NCBI RefSeq assembly: GCF_018350175.1
Contig: NC_058368.1
Coordinates: 167,464,001 to 167,528,000 of the forward strand
Length of the DNA: 64,000 nt
Source: Felis catus
Lineage: Eukaryota
Direction: 5' to 3'
Shown: piece after piece, positions 13,624-25,922 of the stretch
Position numbering within the stretch: position 1 is the first letter of the stretch
Layout of the letters: each line of letters begins with the position of its first letter
Made by a program: the position numbers and the translations under genes
The notes under the pieces: generated by a model
What the model was told of the DNA's origin: nothing
Seen by the model: the letters and a program-made list of their open reading frames with translations, nothing else
The model's database searches: none

Positions 13624-13851
13624 GGGGCACCTGGGTGGCTCAGCCGGTTGAGCGTCCAACTTCAGCTCAGGTCATGATCTCATAGTCTGTGGGTTTGAGC
13701 CCTGGGTCGGGCTCTGTGCTGACAGCTCAGAGCCTGGAGCCTGCCTCAGATTCTGTGTCTCCCTCTCTCTCTGCCCTCTCCCCTGCTCATGCTCTGTCTC
13801 TCTCTGTCTCAAAAATAAATAAAAAGATTAAAAAAAAATTTTTTTTAAAGC
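13624..13851 (+). mobile_element. Can-SINE (SINEC_Fc type), full length
   Basis: ggggcacctgggtggctcag tRNA-derived head, (CT)n region, A-rich tail; perfect TSD aaagttaggtgcta at 13610-13623 and 13852-13865. Confidence 0.97.
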
Positions 13852-15309
13852 AAAGTTAGGTGCTAGACCCACCTTACTAAAATATGTACCCTCTGTATAG
13901 AGAACTTTGTTTGCTATCCTCTCATACTGTACAGAAATCAAAAATGGATTACCAAAGTACTAATATTATATATGCTTATACGAATAAACATCTTGAGCAG
14001 AATAATCTAATGTACAAAACAGATACTGATGTCTAATAACTGCATACCTGTGGGCAAATCATTCAGTTTATCCATCTGTAAAATCAGTGGAACAGGCTCC
14101 CTACCCATCCATCCCCAAGGTGTTTGGTCACAGCCCAGAAAAAAGTACTGATGAAACCTATGTAGACACCAAGTCTAAAAGTTCTGGCACATATTTGTGG
14201 AAATACACCTATAATGATTTTCATTACCATTCTAGTACATGCTGAATTTTCATCTTTGGGAATAATTCTTACTATTTTATTTAAAAATCCTTCAAAAATA
14301 TAGCTATAACAGAAAGCCTACCATACAATTATTAGTAAATTTATGGCTCTATAAATATTGTCATATTTATTATTCAATTATTGCTTCAGTAAACTACTTC
14401 ACATACTAAAAAGTAGCTCTTTGTTTTCTGTGTTTTTAATGCAATTTGTTCTCAAGAACCACTGTGACATTAATAACAAAAGACCAGTCCTGTAAAGAAA
14501 AAGCCCCTAACAAGGAGTTGGCACTAATCTCAGTTAAAGGCAAAAATGCTATCAATTTTAAGAGGAGGGACTTTTATATACTGAGTAAATATTCATAGTT
14601 TATAATTTGTGAAGCAGTAGGCAATGTATATCTGTGAGGATAAAAAAAAAACATTGTTCAATATATGAAAGGCAATTTTAAATAATACAAATGATTTAAG
14701 TTAAAATGACTTAGGAGAGCGTCATGACATGCCCATGTTATTAATTTCTTACACATTTCATTAGAGAAGAAACAGTCCTACACAAAAGACGTGCCACTGT
14801 AAGGTGCACTGCGTACTGATTCTCCATACAACCAATCTGCAAACACTGCCTATGGCATGCGGTATCAGAAATCTAGGCAGCTGGAAATCACAGCAGAGAA
14901 GAAGTTTCAGGTCATTGATCTCAGAATTGGAAAATTTCCCCTAGTGAGCCAAAATGAACCCAGCATATATCATCGACACACACACACATCCCTCCCATAC
15001 CCTCCAACAAGTAATGTAGCACTGAGAGGTCACATCACTGAGAGGTATCGCCACAAAAAGTATGCTTCCATAATAGACAAAGGGTATGAATATAACTCAT
15101 TGATTGGTGGCAACGTGTAATCATTCAGTAAATATTCACGGAATACCTTCTATGTACATGGCACTGTAAGAATCAATAGTAAGAGATACAAAAATAACCA
15201 ACAGTTAAGGACTTTCTATTCTCAATTCTTTGAATTTAACTCATCTAAAAGCCCCTCCTCCTTCATTTTACTCTTTTTCTAGCTTTCTCCAAAGAAAATT
15301 ACCTTCATC

Positions 15310-15450
15310 CCCACATTCCATTTGAGAATGGAATAGAAGCACAAAATGACTAAACTACATGCTCAAGTTGATGGAGCTAAGTGACAGAGCCAAGATTGGA
15401 ACCCAGCCCATCTGACTCCAGTCTGTACACTCCATCACTACACCACACTG
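15310..15450 (-). mobile_element. MIR SINE fragment
   Basis: agctaagtgacagagccaagattggaacccagcccatctgactccag. Confidence 0.65.
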
Positions 15451-15529
15451 CTGGAAAGGAGGACCATGAAGGAAGCACAGCAAACATTCCATGCTCTCTG
15501 GCAGTCATGCTTTATTAGGGCAGTTCCCA

Positions 15530-15830
15530 TTGCCTTAAATGACTCCCAGCTTAGGAATCATCAGCTCATGGACCCTCCCCAGATTTCTCTAAGTTAACAG
15601 TTGTCTACTCCCTCCTCTGGTCCATCAAGGTGCCCTGCATACAGTCTGATTTTTGCACTTACCATGTCATTGTAACTACTTGCTTACCAATTTGCCCTTT
15701 TTATGTCTGGGGCCTGACTTGGAATCCAGCATCCAATAGGGCAGTAAATAAAAGATCAACCTGTCCTTAGAACACTGCAACATAATAGAAGGGAGAGTCC
15801 AAACTTTATTCGAATAAATGTTTGTGTTGG
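15530..15830 (+). mobile_element. L2 LINE relic
   Basis: ctcctctggtcc...gcacttaccatgtcattgtaactacttgcttac...; L2-like 3' region, highly diverged. Confidence 0.45.
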
Positions 15831-17124
15831 TTAAAGGCAACATGTGATCATGACAAGTAAGAGTAAGGATTATTTCAGCACAGGCTGCTAAATTATGGAT
15901 TGGGGTGAAGACAGGACTCTCACTCTGTCTGGCCTTAAAGGCTGGGGATGATCCTGGTAACTGGAGGAGAGGAGAGGCAGTCTGAGGGGCAGAAGAAGAG
16001 GGGCAAGGGCAGAGAGAAAGGATTGCCTGAGGCACGTGTAGATGGGATGGGCAGGCCAATCTGCAATTAGAATGGTGATTCATGGAGGACTCGTGCAAGG
16101 AAGAGCAAAGAAGGCAGACTAGACTGAGCAGCCAGTCCCTTTAATGCCAAGCTAAGGAGGCTCACAGGTATTCTTTGAACACTGAGGAGTTTCAAGCAAG
16201 GGAATGACATGACCAGAAGAGCAAGATAGAAAAATCAAACAAACAAACAAACAAAAAAACACAAACATTTTGAGTTGCAGGAAAGTTAAAGGTGATGGAA
16301 GAAAAATATGCAATATCTAGTTTAAGGCTGAAATCCACTCAGAATTTCTTTAGTAAGAAAAAAGCAGCTGAAGCGTTCACTACTTGCTGAAATACCCCAA
16401 CCACCAAGCAAACTGTAAGTAATGCTTTTAATGTACAACTAACGTTTTAGTGCAAGTACAAATTCATTTAACATTCATTGCCACCTTATGATCTTCTGTG
16501 CTAAGGATACAAAAACAATGCCATCATGTTTGGGGATAATAATCTCAATTTTTGAAAATGAGCAGAATATGGAATATGAAAGAAATTCATAAAAATTGTC
16601 GCAGGTTGTTTGCAAAGGTCAGCAAAGGAGAGCTATTATTCTTCTATAATATTATCTGTCAAAAGCAAAAATGCATTTGTTCAAACACAAATTACACAAT
16701 CAGAACGGGAAAGGACATTAGAAGTAACCTCATCCCACAGCATTTTACAGATCATGAGATTGAGAGGACCAGAGACTTTAAGCAATCAAGCCTTAAGTCA
16801 CACAGAGGGTTGGTACCATAATACCGATTATAAACCTTTATCTCCTAACAGCTCTGCCTGCGCCACCTCTTATAGCTGTAAATGTGACTATACTATAAAA
16901 AGTATTCCTGGTATATTTTGGCACAAAACAAATCTTAACCCTTTAGGAATATCTACATGAACTTTAAAAGCTTAAAACAACAGAGCCAATGAAAATGGAG
17001 CATTCATTCATTCTCATCCATTAGTTAAGGACCTTAGCCAGACAATGCAGAGGTAGAGGAAGGTAAATAAGATGCCAAGGCAAGCCCTACTCTCTGGATG
17101 TTCACAGTCTCTGCGATCTGTTGC

Positions 17125-17320
17125 CATTATAAAATACACCCCAGATTTTGAATAAGTATTATAAAAAATATAAAACTTATTAATATTGTTTTTATTTTGA
17201 TTGGGTGGCCAAGTACAAAAATTGTTTCACCTTTTTTTTCTGGTTTAAAAAATTTTTTAACTGTGAGGAAATTTAAAATTACATATGTAATTCACATTCT
17301 ATTTCTGCTGGACAGTGCTG
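17125..17320. mobile_element. MER33-like hAT-Charlie DNA transposon fragment
   Basis: Ends aaatttaaaattacatatgtaattcacattctatttctgctggacagtgctg, matching the MER33/MER3 terminus. Confidence 0.7.
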
Positions 17321-17919
17321 CTCTGGAGAATGAGCCAGACTGACCAGCTGTGGGCTTTGGAATGCCTCGGAAATCCAGGAAAGGAGACAAGATGGAATCT
17401 AAGCAGTGTAAGGATAAGGATCTTGAAGGAAAAAAAAAAAAACTTTTCTTCAGGGCATTATGTTATCTCACAGGAAAAAATGTGGGGAGTTACCCATGAG
17501 AAAGGAATCTTTCCCATCATCTTTGGAACTTCACAGTATAATGCCTTTGGCCAAATCAGATCGCCTCCCTCCTCCCACTGAACTAAGCTTGCACTTTATC
17601 TTTCTGCTCTCTGTGGAACCGTGAGCCAAGTGAAGTGCAGACGGATGGCTTCTTAGAATATAACTGAAAAAATTCCAGTCTTTATGTTCAAAGCATCCAC
17701 CTTCAGTGACCACAGATACCACGTGAACCTCATAGGTTCTCATGCACAAGGTCACCAGATTACGGAAGCAGCTCTCTGGGTAATTAAGTACTTAAGTGTG
17801 GATACTCACACACACACACAAACACACATGCTATAGATATCACAGAGTTGTTAGGTATAAAGTACTATTTCCATTTATGTCTTATGCTACACAGTTTCTT
17901 CAGTTCCTTGGAATGCTTT

Positions 17920-18131
17920 CAATTTTTGTTTTTTAATGTTTATTTATTTTTGAGAGAGAGAGAAAGAACACACGCACAAGCGGGAGAGGGGCAGAGAGAG
18001 GGAGACAGAAGATCCAAGGATCTGAAGCGGGTTCCAAGCTGACAGCAGAAAGCCCAATGAACTCACAAACCACAAGATCATGACCTGAGCCAAAGTCAGA
18101 TGCCCAACCAACTGAGCCACCCAGCTGCCCC
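17920..18131 (-). mobile_element. Can-SINE, older feliform subfamily
   Basis: Reverse-complemented head ...actgagccacccagctgcccc, (GA)n and T-rich tail; TSD ccttgg(a/t)atgcttt at 17906-17919 and 18132-18145. Confidence 0.95.
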
Positions 18132-18332
18132 CCTTGGTATGCTTTTTAAACATAAGCCTGGGCATCATCTATATTACGCCAACCTCAAATACATAATTTG
18201 CTGACAAACATTCGGAATGGCATTCTGGCTATCAAAGTGGCAAGAGCTGAAATATCAAGGTCAATTTTGCTATTTTTCTAATCATCTTTGGGCATTGAGA
18301 CATAAAGCAACAGCCTTAACTAGCAAATTCTT

Positions 18333-18559
18333 TTTTTTTTAAGATTTTTTTTTTTAACGTTTATTTATTTTTTGAGACAGAGAGAGACAGAGCATGAACA
18401 GGGGAGGGTCAGACAGAGAGGAAGACAGAGAATCCGAAACAGGCTCCAGGCTCTGAGCAGTCAGCACAGAACCTGATGTGGGGCTCAAACTCACAGACCG
18501 CGAGATCATGACCTGAGCCAAAGTCGGATGCTCAACCGACTGAGCCACCCAGGCGCCCC
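18333..18559 (-). mobile_element. Can-SINE (SINEC_Fc type)
   Basis: ...tgagccacccaggcgcccc; TSD aac(t/c)agcaaattctt at 18318-18332 and 18560-18574. Confidence 0.97.
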
Positions 18560-20069
18560 AACCAGCAAATTCTTAAAACCTAGGGTTAACATTCAAAGTA
18601 AACGCAACACTATTTTCCAACTGCAAATAGCATACAAAACACTAGTAATACAAGTATGCACAATAATAAATCCGGTTTTTTTATTGATGAGAAAAAATCT
18701 CTATACTTCGTTTTACTTAAAGGTGTTTCAATATTTATTTTTAGTAAGTTGTTTTCTCATTTCCAGTATCATCAAGGAATTAGGTTCTCCACTACTTAAA
18801 ACACTTCATTAAATCATTCATTCATGTGTTTATCTTGTAGTATTTCTTCATTATATGCTATAATCATTCTGATATTAATACTTTTTCAATTAAATGGATA
18901 TTTAGAGTCTTGTAGTCTAAATTACCTAGGAGCAAGCTTCAATGTTTTAAAATTGTATTTGGACAAAGTGCTATCAATGTATTTACTTTGCTCTTGAGCT
19001 AATCAGAATTTGTGTCACTTACATTATTGACTAGCAGGACATGTCAGTCTTTGATGCAATTTTGCCTAAAAAATTTTGTATCCCTTTAACACCTAAGACT
19101 AGATTTCTTTAGGTAATCCTTTCAGACTCTAACAGCTGCTAGCTCTTTTCATTTAAAAGAACATACAAGAATAAACATGGTGTCAACTTTTTCTATGTTC
19201 ATTAAAAAAACACAAACTTATATTGGTGCAGTTATCAAATGATTTTAAAATATAACTGATAAACAGTGGAATGTGTCTTCAGTGGGCCAAAAATTTTTGC
19301 ATGTTATACTCGTTCCTATATCCCTAGACCCTAGAAGAGTTCTGGACACAGAGTAGGTGCTCACTAAATATTTTCTGTATTGAATGACACATAATAGGCA
19401 CTCTAAATGGTTAACGACTGAATAATTCATGGTAATGGTGAGGCCATTAGTTATTAACAATATGCTATGTGATCACCACTTCACTGTATGTTACAATATG
19501 AACACTTTAAATGGTAGCTATCAGAAATTATTAAATGTTAATGACAAGTGAGTGCTTAATAAGTTTTCTTGAATAAATGGATGAATAAATAAACTGCAAA
19601 GACTGGGTCAGGATTTACAAAACGAGTCACTGAAACATCATGATTTCAAAATTGCATAGTTATTTTGAAAAGGTGCTGAAGACCAGAATTGCCCAAATTT
19701 CTTATAAACCTCCCCAGATGCAAGCTTTACCATGGTGTCCAAAAAGAGCCGTGATCAGGTTTTCCAAAATTACATATAAAGACAAGAATGACAATGAACC
19801 ATCCAGTCAGGAATTTGTCAGAAACAGAAACCTCTTCTTGATACAGAATATTCTTAGATACTCAAAATTTTTGACTAATTGGTAAGTTCAACCATGTAGG
19901 CTACATGGTCATCACAATGATTACATAATTATTTCAACATAACCACATGCCTGGATATAATCCTCTCACACAGTTTGAAAAAATGATGCTGATATCAAAA
20001 ATGATGTTGATGTTTTGAACTCTTAAAGTAAATGATTTAATCGTTGCAAAAAAACATTTGCTTTTAATT

Positions 20070-20085
20070 TTAATCTTTATTTATT

Positions 20086-20117
<32 letters not shown>

Positions 20118-20300
20118 ACAGAGTGTGAGCAGGGGAGGAACAAATAGAGAGGAGGAGACACAGAATCCGAAGCAGGCTCCAGGCTCCAAGCTGTCAGCAC
20201 AGAGTCTGACGCGGGGCTCAAACTCACAAACTGCGAGATCATGACCTGAGCTCAAGTTGGCTGCTCAACCAACTGAACCAACTGGGCACCCAGGTGCCCC
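20070..20300 (-). mobile_element. Can-SINE (SINEC_Fc type)
   Basis: (GA)n tract, cagaatccgaagcaggctccaggctc, head ...caggtgcccc; degenerate TSD ...tttgcttttaat on both sides; internal 9-bp duplication aaccaactg. Confidence 0.95.
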
Positions 20301-20521
20301 CAAAATAAACTTTTGCTTTTAATATGTATTTTGCTGTACTGACTTCCTATGCTTATCCATTTATAAAATGTGACAGTCCAACCTCAGACAATAAAGCACA
20401 AAATTCCTTTAATTTAAATTTAAATCTATACACTACCGTAACAGTCTGGTAGCACAGCTCTAAATTCATCCTTACCAGAGCTGCCTCTTTACATCAAAAC
20501 TGTCCATTAAAAACAAACTCA

Positions 20522-20714
20522 GGGAACCTGAGTGGCTCAGTCGGTTAAGTGTCTGTCTTTGGGTCAAGTCATGATCTCACAGTTTGTGAATTCGAACCCC
20601 ACATCAGGCTCCTTGCTGACAGCAAGGAGCCTGCTTGAGACTCTCTCTCTCTTCCTCTCTCTCTGTCTGTCCCCCACCCCACCTGGAACTGTCTCTCTCA
20701 AAATAAACTTAAAG
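20522..20714 (+). mobile_element. Can-SINE, older subfamily
   Basis: gggaacctgagtggctcagtcggttaag...ctctctctcaaaataaacttaaa; degenerate TSD aaactca. Confidence 0.93.
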
Positions 20715-23659
20715 AAAAAACTCACAAAAATACAGTTACCACCTATCCATGCATGCGTATGTTACTTTCTTCAGAAACAACCACCAAATGGAACAGCCTC
20801 TAGTGTGGCTCACAAACAGGTGATGCGGACACATGGTTTGTTCAAAGGGTGAAGAAGCAATCATAGCCCCATCCACTCACAATGCATTTTCCAAAATTTT
20901 CATTAGTTTACATCATCGTAAGACTTTACAAAATTTTCATTTGAAAAGACCCACTTTCCTTAAGCTCTTGAGGACAAAACACCCAAAAGGTGCATTTTGA
21001 GAAAATGAAGAAAATGCCATGATGCTATCTGTGGCAGCCACAGCACTTGCTTTACTTCCTTTTGTAAGAAGAAGAAAGTCAAAGGAGATTTCAAATGGTG
21101 GGCAGATGTAAATGGCATTTGGCTGAAAAGACATCAAGCAGCATTCAACAGGGAAGTCCCACCCCACTGAGTTTGTATAAATGCTCACTCCATCTCCGTT
21201 GTAGTTGAAGACAGTGGCTGTCAATCAATCCACGCTCTATGGTTCAAGAACCCCACGTAGCCTCCTCAGTAGGGTGTAAATTGCTCTAACAGTCTAGGTA
21301 GAAGCAACTGATTTGCAAGCAGAGGGGGGGAAAAAGCCTGGTTTATTCTTCACATAGTCTGAAGTCAACACTCTTCCTTGTTTTCTATCTTCTCCAGAAG
21401 CTTAAGGCTCTTGTAGGCCCATCATGCGGAGAGCACCAGAAGGCACAAAGCTCAAATAGCTCACTCAGATTAAGAAGTTAAGGACGTTGTGCAGACTCTG
21501 TATCATTGCTCCCATTAAAATGGAGCAATGGGGTAAAGTTTTGTCAAAGCAACGCAAACATGGAGGTATTTTCGCCCAAGTATATACGAGACCTTAACTC
21601 TAGGGGGGACAGCTCCTTCTTACTGTAGTGATCGCCAAAAATGTTAGAAATTAAAAGGTAACCCTGCCAACCACTGTTTCTGAATACATCACTTAACCTC
21701 TTTTACACCTCAGGTTGTTCATTCTGAACCACCTCCACATGGGTTGCTTACTAAATAATAAAAATAATTGTGAAGTTCTGTGAAGACCTAAAATTGCTGT
21801 AGGGAAAATCAACTGTGAATGTAAATCTATGTTTTTGGTGAAGAAGTCATCAGGTGAGCTAGTTTTCATTAAGTCTCTCCTTTGGGCTGTTTCTCCTCGG
21901 AGGGGCTCTGCCCCCTCGCTAGTGGGCATTTGTATCCACAGCAGCTGGGAGCCAAACCAGGACCTGAAGAGAGGACAGGAGACTGGCCCCGGCTGGGGAC
22001 CCTCACCCACCCAGGGTGATATGTGCTCTCTCCCCTTGCCTCAAGATCCTGCCTCTGAGGCACAAATCCCTCAACCACGAGCCAGGTCCAGCTGCTGTGC
22101 TTAAGCACAAATATAGTCACAAATCCTGGACTGGGAAAAAGGGAGGATGCTTTTTCCAGAGAGGCAGCTTAGTACCCTTCTGAGCCAAGAGGAGAGTGTT
22201 AAACTCGATCAGAATAAAATGTCTGTTGAGACTTACAAGGAAACACTTACTTGGGAGCTCAACGAATAATAAAATGTGATGAGCATGTTGGTTCTGTGGG
22301 TTTTGTTTCCAATATGCTTTCCTATCATTTGCTACCTGCCCCTGCCCCCTTTTAGTGCATTCCAGAAACAAGCACTGTCCCATTGCAAAGATGGGGAAAT
22401 TAGTCCAAGTGTCCCTACTGTATAGCAAGTGGAAGCCAGATGTCAGAAGCCGTATGCTGGGCAGATGTTAAGAGTTTTAAAATGAGAACTACCTGAACAG
22501 CCCTGGAAGAAAACATGGTATTCTAAAAATAGGACACTGACGCCCCACTGAAATCAACTGTTCATTTATTTATTCTACATGACGGGTGCTGTGGGGCACC
22601 AGCTTCTTGCAAGCCTGCAAAACTGCGCTTGTGGATTTGTAAGATGCTTCTTAACAGAGATGCAAGTGGTACCTGTCCATTAAAAACAGACCTGTCACCA
22701 GGATGCTGTGCTCTGTATTGTTTTCCTTTTAATTCCAAAAACTCAGATGGAGGGACAGAAAGGCTGGGTGGATAGCTATGGGTGGATGAGCAGAGGGGAG
22801 AGGGAGTAAGTGTCACATGTAAGCTGATCTCAGAGGTACAGTAAGAGTAGAGGATGTTCCAAAGCAGGCCTGGGTCAGTGCCGCACAGGTGCTGGCACTA
22901 GAATTCGTTTCCTGAACATCTGTGCTGAACACAAAAACAGCCAGGACTGTGGGGGCAGAAATAACAAACCTCACACTGCCTTAACAAAAACAAAAGAGGA
23001 CACATTCCTGGTTTTTGCTGTGTCTGTCATGCTCAATGACATCCCTGTCCCCAAGTTTAGCTGTTTCTTACTACTTCATAAAACCCCAAGCAACCTTCCT
23101 TTCTCTCCCGGCACCAAGTCATCAACACCCCTGATGTTTCAGGGCTAAAGAAAACAGCACTGAGACCAGGCCCCCATCAGGGGGAGGTTTCCTTTTTGGT
23201 CAGGATTGAGACTAAATACAGATTGGACTATTCACTTGGGAATTCAACAGAGATCCATCCTAAGGAAAATCCCACGTACACAATCTGAAACAAAGCATTT
23301 GTGTGCTTTGGTGCCTCTAGAAGAATGCAAAGGGAAAGAAAAGGTTTACTGTTTCATGTGAAGTGATTTCCCCCTTTTAGTGGTAGGCAGGGTTCACATC
23401 AGCCCACCTGGAATAGGAGGATTTGTGAAATGTTTGTGTTTAATTCAAACTTCTCTAACAACCTCAAGAGAGACATAAAAGGGGAGATTTTTTCCATAAG
23501 AAGGGAACCATCTGTCCAGTGGCCAGAGGTAACCCTAAAAAACAGGAATGTGTCAACCATTTTTATGGGCAAGCACAAACAAAACAAAATAAAGCAAAGC
23601 AAAACAAAACAAAACAAAACAACAAGCCAATTATTCTTCACATGGGGGAGAGAAATGCT

Positions 23660-24085
23660 CTGATCCCTCCCTGGACGCTGCCTCATTCAGAGTGAAAGCC
23701 TGAGTCTCCACAGTGGTCCTGGGAGGTCCTGCCTGACCTACCTGCCTATGCCCACAATCTCCTACCCCAGCCTCCCCTTACAGCTGCCTCACCCCAGCCA
23801 TGCCAGGAACATGCAGTAGCCACAGAGCACTTCATTTCACTATTCCCTCCACCTGCAAGTAAGTGCCTTTCCCCAGAAATCAGCAAGGCTTACATATTCC
23901 TGGACTACTCTGGCTCACTGGATTTCACTTCATCAGAAAAAACTTTCCTGACCATGAAATTCAGACGGCTCTGCTATGGCCCTCACTTTGAGCTGCACAG
24001 CACATGTCAACTAGCTCAAGGTCCTACCGATAGGGCCATGCCTGGCTCCTAAGAGGTGTTCAAGAATAAGTAATTTTTGAATGGT
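23660..24085 (+). mobile_element. L2 LINE relic
   Basis: tcagagtgaaagcctgagtctccacagtgg...ttcctgacca...tgcctggctcctaagaggtgttcaagaata. Confidence 0.6.
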
Positions 24086-24572
24086 AATTTACTATTTCTT
24101 GAAAAGGGCATCTTCCCAAATAACAGGCAACCTAAAATGTGATTCTCCTTTTCACCTGGGAGCAAGATGTGGGCAGTGGCTTTCTAAGTGCTCTATTTTA
24201 TCTACTCAAGGCCTGGACTCTGCAAATATAATCAGCGAATTATAATATAGAACTCTGGGTACGTCCTAATCTCATAACGTGGTCCTACTGGTGCTCATAC
24301 CCCAGAGGTCTTTATCCATCTTTGAGATACACTGTATACAGGAAAACCCAAGACAGGGCGACCAAAAATCATTGCAAAGTAGTTTTAAAATGAACAAAGC
24401 TGATTTCATTATGTAGCTTGTTATATCATCCATTTGTTGAATTACCCTTTATGTTGTGTTACGTATCCTTACAATTCAAATGACTTACAGTCCTAGACAC
24501 TGTTGAGTCTTGTCTGTTAAGCAGCTGGAATATATAGGAATTAAGAGAGCAATTGTAATTCTCAAAACTCAG

Positions 24573-24574
24573 GA

Positions 24575-24626
<52 letters not shown>

Positions 24627-24671
24627 AGAGAAAGAAGGAAAGAAGGAAAGAAGGAAAGAAGGAAAGAAGGA

Positions 24672-24711
<40 letters not shown>

Positions 24712-24713
24712 AA
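24573..24713. repeat. Compound purine STR (GAAA)13 GAAGA (GAAAGAAG)5 (GAAA)11
   Basis: Read directly; uninterrupted purines from 24571 to 24716. Confidence 0.97.
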
Positions 24714-24971
24714 AGATAAAACCTCTAGGAATGGAATGATACAGCTACCCAATGCTCCCCAAAACCTGTTGTTCTGCTAACCTGTTAATTAAACAAGCAT
24801 TTTACCTTTTAATATAAGAAATGATGGCTTCAGTCTATTACCTTCACAGTGTTAACTGCTTTTGTTCATCTCAAACTGCCTAGATGACCCAGTACATATG
24901 CAGCCGTGAAAAGAGGTTGTAAATAGCATGAAGCCCATATCTAAACCCTTAATGATCTGGAAGGCTCATGA

Positions 24972-25001
24972 TGGTGGTGGTGGTGGTGGTGGTGGTGGTG
25001 G
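24972..25001. repeat. (TGG)10 trinucleotide microsatellite
   Basis: Read directly; flanked by tga units. Confidence 0.95.
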
Positions 25002-25189
25002 TGATGATGTCTCCCTCAATGGTTAACTTCCGAGTTCCAGTATGGCCACCTAGACCTGGTGTTACAGCTATGAACTACAACATTTAGTAAAACCAGGACC
25101 TCTGCACTCCCATGGGGGCAGCTTTAGCAGACATTCCAAAGAGGTCTGAAAATAATGAAACATTTTACATACATAAAAGTTCATTATCT

Positions 25190-25506
25190 AGAACCTCAAA
25201 AACATGATGAAAGAAGTCAGACAAAAAAGAACATGTGTTGTATGGTTCCATTAATATGACATGTGCAAAAAAGGCAAGTATTTAGTGAGAGAAAGTAGAT
25301 TAGAGGTTGCCTGGGGCTGGGGTTGGAAGGGGGAATGACTGTGAATAGGCACAAAGCCTCTTATTAGGATGATGGAAGCGTTATGAAATTAGACTGTGGC
25401 GATTAGATTGTATGACTCTGTAAATATACCAAAATGTATTGAATTACACATTTAAATCCCTTGAATTTTATGGTATGTAAATTACGTCTCAATAAGGCTG
25501 ATTTAA
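25190..25506 (+). mobile_element. Old L1 (L1MB/L1ME-like) 3' end
   Basis: gaaagaagtcagaca...gtatggttccatt...gaaagtagattagaggttgcctggggctgg...gaattttatggtatgtaaattacgtctcaataaggctg. Confidence 0.8.
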
Positions 25507-25664
25507 GACAAGAATGAGGGGCAACATACTCCAGGATACATAAAAACTTCCAATTTATGGTGTAGAGGGAGAGATGAGAAGAAATGATGTGTCCATCATG
25601 CAAACTATGGCTTCTATTCTCTTCCCCACTCCCGTGTGTTCATGATGAGCCGTAAGAGGGTTTG

Positions 25665-25922
25665 AGCAGTGTCGTGCACAGCACAGGTACAGGCAGACCT
25701 CTGGGCCAGACTGCCTGAGCTCAGCTGGGGGAGATCACTTACTGGTTGGTTCTGTGACTTCAGGGCCAGTCACTTTAAGGCACTTGCCATGCTATGGTTT
25801 CCTCAACTGTAACACAAATAATAATAGCACCTATCTCACGGAATTGTTGTAAATACTAAATTCAGTATTTGAAAAACACTTAAGCTGTCAGACACTTCTG
25901 GAGTGTTTGTGATCATTATTGC
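25665..25922 (+). mobile_element. MIR SINE
   Basis: ctctgggccagactgcctgag...tgtgacttcagggccagtcactt...gtttcctcaactgtaa...ataatagcacctatctca. Confidence 0.75.

Noticed and set aside
13624..13700. A-box/B-box tRNA-like sequence
   Set aside because: tRNA-derived head of a Can-SINE, not a tRNA gene
21019..21111. 30-codon plus-strand sORF MMLSVAATALALLPFVRRRKSKEISNGGQM (hydrophobic then basic)
   Set aside because: No promoter or splice context; ORFs this short are expected by chance
20500..22688. 16-bp direct match ctgtccattaaaaaca at 20500 and 22673
   Set aside because: An AT-rich 16-mer match is within chance expectation for this window size and does not extend
24459..24752. ORFs with FLSF/ERKK repeats on both strands
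   Set aside because: Translations of the GAAA microsatellite
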